Shown in pieces: positions 58,544 through 64,000 of a stretch of 64,000 bases of DNA. Source of the stretch: Octopus vulgaris (Eukaryota); NCBI GenBank assembly GCA_951406725.2, contig OX597817.1, positions 51,274,001 through 51,338,000 of the forward strand, in the 5' to 3' direction. How positions within the stretch are numbered: position 1 is the stretch's first letter; each line of letters opens with the position of its first letter. The position numbers and the translations under genes were made by a program. The notes below the pieces were generated by a model. The model was not told where the DNA came from. It saw only the letters and a list, made by a program, of their open reading frames with translations, and made no database searches.

Positions 58544-58615
58544 TGCTTTAAGTATGATATACATATTGCGAATTTAAACTAAAACTGCTTCCATCGCTTA
58601 TAACGAATACCTATA

Positions 58616-58949
58616 TACGGAGATGTACTTGCATACCAAGTGACCTGATGTGAGATCGTGTGCTGGAACAAAAACAATTGCAGCATGTAAGGTGTTTATA
58701 AGCCATTTAAGAAAAACACAAAACCCGTTAGATTTACTTCAACATTTAATTTTAATTTGCCAAAATATTTTCGTCGCTTTGAGGTAGCGACCTGTTCACT
58801 GACAAAATTGAGATGCAGCACGGAATTTTGTCAGTCGCTGTCTCAAAGCGACGAAAATATTTTGACAAATTAAATTTAAATGTTGAAGTGAATCGAACGG
58901 ATTTGTGTGTTTCTTAAATGGCTTATAAACACCTTTCACGCTGCAATTG

Positions 58950-58951
<2 letters not shown>
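58616..58951. mobile_element. Fold-back element with about 130-bp inverted arms, ending in (TA)n
   Basis: 58673-58809 is the reverse complement of 58824-58951 with scattered mismatches and one short indel. An extra unique segment of about 55 bp lies on the left. Confidence 0.7.
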
Positions 58952-58989
<38 letters not shown>

Positions 58990-59662
58990 ATATATAGAGC
59001 GATAGATTGATATAAACAGAGATAGATAGATAGATAGATATAGATACATACATACATACATGCATGCAAATATACATACATATATACATACATACATACA
59101 TACATACATACATACATACATACATACATACATACATACATACATGATGAACGGTACGTTGAGCAAGCAACTAAACAGAGAACAGTATAAAGTAAACCTA
59201 GATCGAAGTAGACCCAGAGTGTAAGTTCTGTCGGTAGCCTTCGTGGCCGAGCGACATACACCACAGTTCAGGGAAATAAGCTGACCCGGAGTTTTCGGGT
59301 TCCATTACTAGTCACGGTAACATTTCGAAGACTGCAGGAGAGCAACTAGGCGTCATGACCTAGACGGTTGTGCTTCACCTAGAATGGCAGGAACTAACGG
59401 ATCGAAACACTTTCCTGTCGGAAGTAGAAAACACGAGAAGAACAGCAACACCAGCGGTTATGACAACATTTTCAACGACACAGACAGGAACACCAACAGC
59501 AACAACGAAAGCGAAAGCAACATAAAAGTTGCGCGTGAATCTGCAACAACAACAACAACAACAGCAACAACAACAACAAATATCGACAACAAAGCATTTG
59601 AGACGGGATCGATACCAAGTGCAGGTTATGTTTTACAAAATTCGACTCAGTATTCTCGTTCT

Positions 59663-60075
59663 TATTTCTTTATTGCCTTCAAGGGGCTAAACATAGAGGG
59701 GACAAACAAGGACAGACAAACGGATTAAGTCGATTACATTGACCCCAGTGCATAACTGGTACTTAATTTATCGACCCCGAAAGGATGAAAGGTAAAGTCG
59801 ACCTCAGCGGAATTTGAACTCACAACGTAACGGCAGGCGAAATACATATTTCTTTACTACAAACAAGGGGCTAAACACAGAGGGGACAAACAAAGACAGA
59901 CAAACGGATTAAGTCGATTATATCGACCCAGTGTGTAACTGGTACTTATTTAATCGACCCTGAAAGGATGAAAGGTAAATCGACCTCGGCGGAATTTGAA
60001 CTCAGAACGTAGCGGTAGGCGATATACCGCTAAGCAATTCGCCCGGCTGCTAACGTTTCTGCTAGCTCGCCGCCT
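59663..60075 (-). mobile_element. SINE-B dimer with 12-bp TSD
   Basis: TATTCTCGTTCT at 59651 and 60076. Confidence 0.88.
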
Positions 60076-60384
60076 TATTCTCGTTCTACCTAAACGAAAG
60101 GTGTCATGCCTGATACAGGCAAAATAGCTTATGAAATTAAACGGGAGAGTAAAAGTAGCCCTTCCATCGGGATATATGGCAGCAACAGCACTACGGATGG
60201 TGTCTCGGTTAAGCACTAAAGCGTATAAGCAGTGACAGATACTTAGGTGAAAATAGACTGAAAGAAATATGGTAGATAACGTCAGCAGGAAAAGAGAGTG
60301 CGGGAGCATGACCATAGACTTCAAGAGCGAAACCTTTCAACGGACGAACTACATGTTGCACGAGTGCAACTGGGAATTTCTATT

Positions 60385-61302
60385 TTACCCAAGGTAGGAG
60401 AATATTAAAAAGCTGTGGGCCCCCGAAACCCAGGCTGTTGCAAAAACTGGTCCTGAGTCGCGATGGCGTTGCTGGGATTTTTGGCACTATGCAGTGTCGT
60501 CCCGTTCTGGTATTGGTGTTGCTCTCAATGCCAAAGTTTGGCACAGTTCCTTCCAGGATCTTCCAGATATATATTACTGCATACCCCTCCCGTCTTCTCT
60601 CCAGGGAGTAGAGTCTTAGCTGTTTCAACCTTTCCCAGTAGCTGAGCTGTTGCAAAGAGACGATCTTCTTCGTGAATCTTCTCTGGATTGCTTCAAGGTC
60701 TGCTGTTAATTTCATACTGGTGGGTGACCATAGCTGTGAGCAGTAATCCAGGCGGCTGAGAACGAATGTCCGCCAGAGGACCATCATGGTTCTGAATGTT
60801 CTTAGGATCCATCCAGCCAGTCATCTGCACTTTGTCGCCATCCTGGTAATGTGCACTTGGAAAGAGGTATCATCACTCATGTCGATACCCAGGTCCCTCA
60901 CAAACTTAGCCTCTGGGATTGAAATTCCCTGTGGACCGGTGTACCCTGTAAGTTTAATATTCAGTTTTGGATGCTGGTAGCGCCAGGCCTGGAATTTTTC
61001 AGCATTAAACTGCATATTATTATCCTCAGCCCATCTGTAGATTGATACCAACTCCTGCTGCAGGTGTGCAACACCGCTGGGGTTCTGTATTTTCTGCGAG
61101 ACTTTCGTATCGTCTGCATAGCTTGCAAGGGTGACTATCCGGGCACTTGGGGCATATCTGAGAGGGCCACTATAAAAAGCAGCGATCCCAAGACAGTGCC
61201 CTGTGGAACACCGCTTACTACTTCTGTTTTCATAGAGGTGGCTCCATTAGCCACTACTGCCTGACTCCTATCTTTCAGAAAGTCATGTAACCACTCTCCA
61301 AT
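60385..61302 (-). mobile_element. Decayed CR1/L2-group LINE RT fragment related to 44915-45977
   Basis: VVSGVPQGTVLGSLLF, SYADDTK, WAEDNNMQFNAEKF and YCSQLWSP occur across frameshifts. Confidence 0.9.
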
Positions 61303-61335
61303 ATGTATAATATGTATATATATATATATATATAT

Positions 61336-61581
61336 AGGAAATGAAGAAAATGCTGACAAAATAATTTAAGTAATTTAATTAGGTGAAAGTTCTTTTTACC
61401 GGTTGCGCATTTGTTATGCTTATCAAAAGATATTTTTTTAAGAGAGATTAAAGTTCCTTTCTCATAGATTTTTTCCTCTTACCAGATAAATTACTTAAAT
61501 TACTTAAATTATTTTGTCAGCATTTTCTTCATTTCCTTTTTTATATATCACAACTCGTGTTCCACATCCTCTTTTTTAAAT
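61336..61581. mobile_element. Fold-back element with 43-bp perfect inverted arms and a decayed hammerhead, in (TA)n
   Basis: Arms 61336-61378 and 61495-61537. Minus 61391-61430 reads TCTT-TTGATAA-GCAT AACAA ATGC-GCAA-CCGG-TA-AAAAGA. Confidence 0.65.
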
Positions 61582-61604
61582 ATATATATAGATAGATAGA
61601 TAGA

Positions 61605-61637
<33 letters not shown>

Positions 61638-62891
61638 TGGGCGAGAGAGAGAGGGGGGATATATAGATAGACAGATAGATAGATAAATATAGATATAGAT
61701 ATATATTATACATATATGTATCTATGTATGTCTATATACATATATGCGTTGTCATAATACCTACTTATAAATTTATACGCATGTATAGGTAGCTAAGAAT
61801 CTAGCTAGATACAGTTTACATGTTTACAAGAGAGAATAAAGAGCGAAGGCAACAACAAAAGAAGGTAAAAGAAGCGACTATTGTTAATTAACACGAAATA
61901 TGATATGCAAGACAAAAACAGTAAATCGACAATGATTCCCATCGGTGAATCCTATCAATTCAGCTTCTAATTTGCAGTTGTTAACACATTGAGTTAATTA
62001 TAATCTTGCTTTGAATCTTTCTCGTTTTCACTTAGCAATGTAAAATTGAAGATGATCATATAAATATTCATAAAGCGTTACGCTGGGAGATCTGTTGTTC
62101 TACTTATTGTTTACACTAATTGCATTTTATTGCCTGAAACGCCACGAAACGTAATCAAAAATTTGATATTCTATATCACACATACCATTTATTCACTGTA
62201 CAATTTCGATAATTAAAAATTGGTATAATTACATTTAAAGATATCTGCATATTATTAGAAATATTAGTACATTCTTTTCATTGGTAATAGTTTAAATCTT
62301 TTGTAAAAGATTACATAACGGTTGAATAATTCACAAAATTTGATTACTTAGTATTTCAGTAAGTTTCATATAGCAATTACAAGGATGGTGAGATGACAAA
62401 ATCTTTAGCACGCTAAGCAAAAACGATTAGCGGGTCTTCTCCTGTCTTTACGTTCTGAGATCAAATTTCGCTGTGGTCAACTTTGCTTTTAACTATAAAT
62501 TCCAGCAGATCAATGCCTTGTGAGTAAATTTGGTAGACGAAAGCTGAATAAAGTCAGTCTTATGTGTCTGTGTGTGTGTGTTTGTTTGTGTCTGTATTTC
62601 TATCTCTCTTTATTGATATATACATATATATACATATATAGATAGAGAAATGGATGGATCTAGACACCAGACGCACAAACGCATGTTTGTGTATGTGTGG
62701 GTTTTTGTATGTGTGTGTGTGTGTGGGTCTATGTGTGTGTGTGAATAGTCATATATAAAAGTGTGCTGAGAAGGGAACTAACAGATTAACACCGACTGAT
62801 TCACTAGAGTTGAAGACATCAACTTTGTCCTGTATACAGGCCCAGTTCTTTCCTCTTCCCTCTTCACTTTTATTTAATTTTACGCATTTGT

Positions 62892-63007
62892 ATTAACTCT
62901 GATGAAGCTCCATTTACTGGATCGAATGTGTCATGAAGATGACAAATTTTCGGAATGTCTTTCGTAAGCAACAAGCAGCATTGCAAGCGGAAACGACCGT
63001 AAGAAAT
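62892..63007 (+). ncRNA. Degenerate large-stem-II hammerhead
   Basis: CTGATGA-AGCT...(long insert)...AGCG-GAAAC-GACC-GTA-AG. Stem I is poor. Confidence 0.45.
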
Positions 63008-63328
63008 GTTACGTCATGTTTTGTATTAAAAAATAATCAACCGATGTTGGTCAATTTGTTTGTTGATCAAAACTTCTCCATATTCTGATTATTTAAATTT
63101 GATTCCTGATAAACTTTTGCTAGCTAATTCTGTTGTTACCTGTACCCTATGAGCATAGTGTGCCTATATATATATATGCAAATGCATCACATGTATATAG
63201 CTTGCTGTCATTTGCGATTTACGTAATGTGAGGAACGGCCACAAATCGATACAATTTCAGTGATAGAATCCGTAAAAACAGTAGGGTAAAAAGTAATGTA
63301 GACAATAAGCAAAAGAAAACTACATGGA

Positions 63329-63416
<88 letters not shown>

Positions 63417-63711
63417 CGACGGGGTGTTCCTGGTGTTGGGTAAAAGAAAATACATGAGGATCTGTTAAGTATGATTTTATTCAACATATTCCTCTCTGAG
63501 ATTCGCACGTTTATTGCAGTGGTCCATCAACTTTTAAAACACTTTTCTCATAATTTTTCCAAAATTTAATTGTTTTCCATACTTACAGTTGAAAAAGTCT
63601 CAATGACTGAAACGGGTACTGAAATGTTTTTTATAAAATTATTTTAGCATTTTCTATCTTGACGTTTTTTCTATATATATATATATCAACTCGAGTGTTC
63701 CTTTTCAAACT

Positions 63712-63786
<75 letters not shown>

Positions 63787-63907
63787 ATAGTATATTTTAT
63801 ATACACACCTGCAGACACACATCCACAAATCAATAATAATAAAAAAAAAAACAGAATACAAAACAAGTAAAATGAATTAGGCGAACATAGGTAATATATC
63901 AGACCAA

Positions 63908-63938
<31 letters not shown>

Positions 63939-63940
63939 GA

Positions 63941-63976
<36 letters not shown>

Positions 63977-64000
63977 TGTATGCATGCATAGATACATACA

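Overview
Repeat-saturated, AT-rich animal intronic/intergenic DNA. The tRNA-derived SINE families and dense (TA)n/(GATA)n/(TACA)n/(CA)n microsatellites look like Octopus/coleoid cephalopod sequence (inference from recognition, not a search). I find no convincing host protein-coding gene; most ORF-track entries are microsatellite translations. Supported content: a 5'-truncated but open Penelope-like (Neptune-type) RT/GIY-YIG element with a 3' promoter and hammerhead ribozyme, two CR1/L2-group LINE 3' fragments, R4/Dong-like LINE relics, an RTE-like triple zinc-finger 3' end, DD37D (maT) mariner relics, a non-autonomous Helitron, one tRNA-Ile(AAT) and many SINEs. The most interesting signal is about a dozen type-I hammerhead ribozyme motifs. 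They have palindromic stem III, often a greatly enlarged stem II, and sit in short unrelated elements, most abutting (TA)n. Four such (TA)n-embedded elements have a self-copied fold-back structure. Different retroelement clades also appear to occupy different microsatellite motifs. All RNA folds were inferred by eye and are untested.
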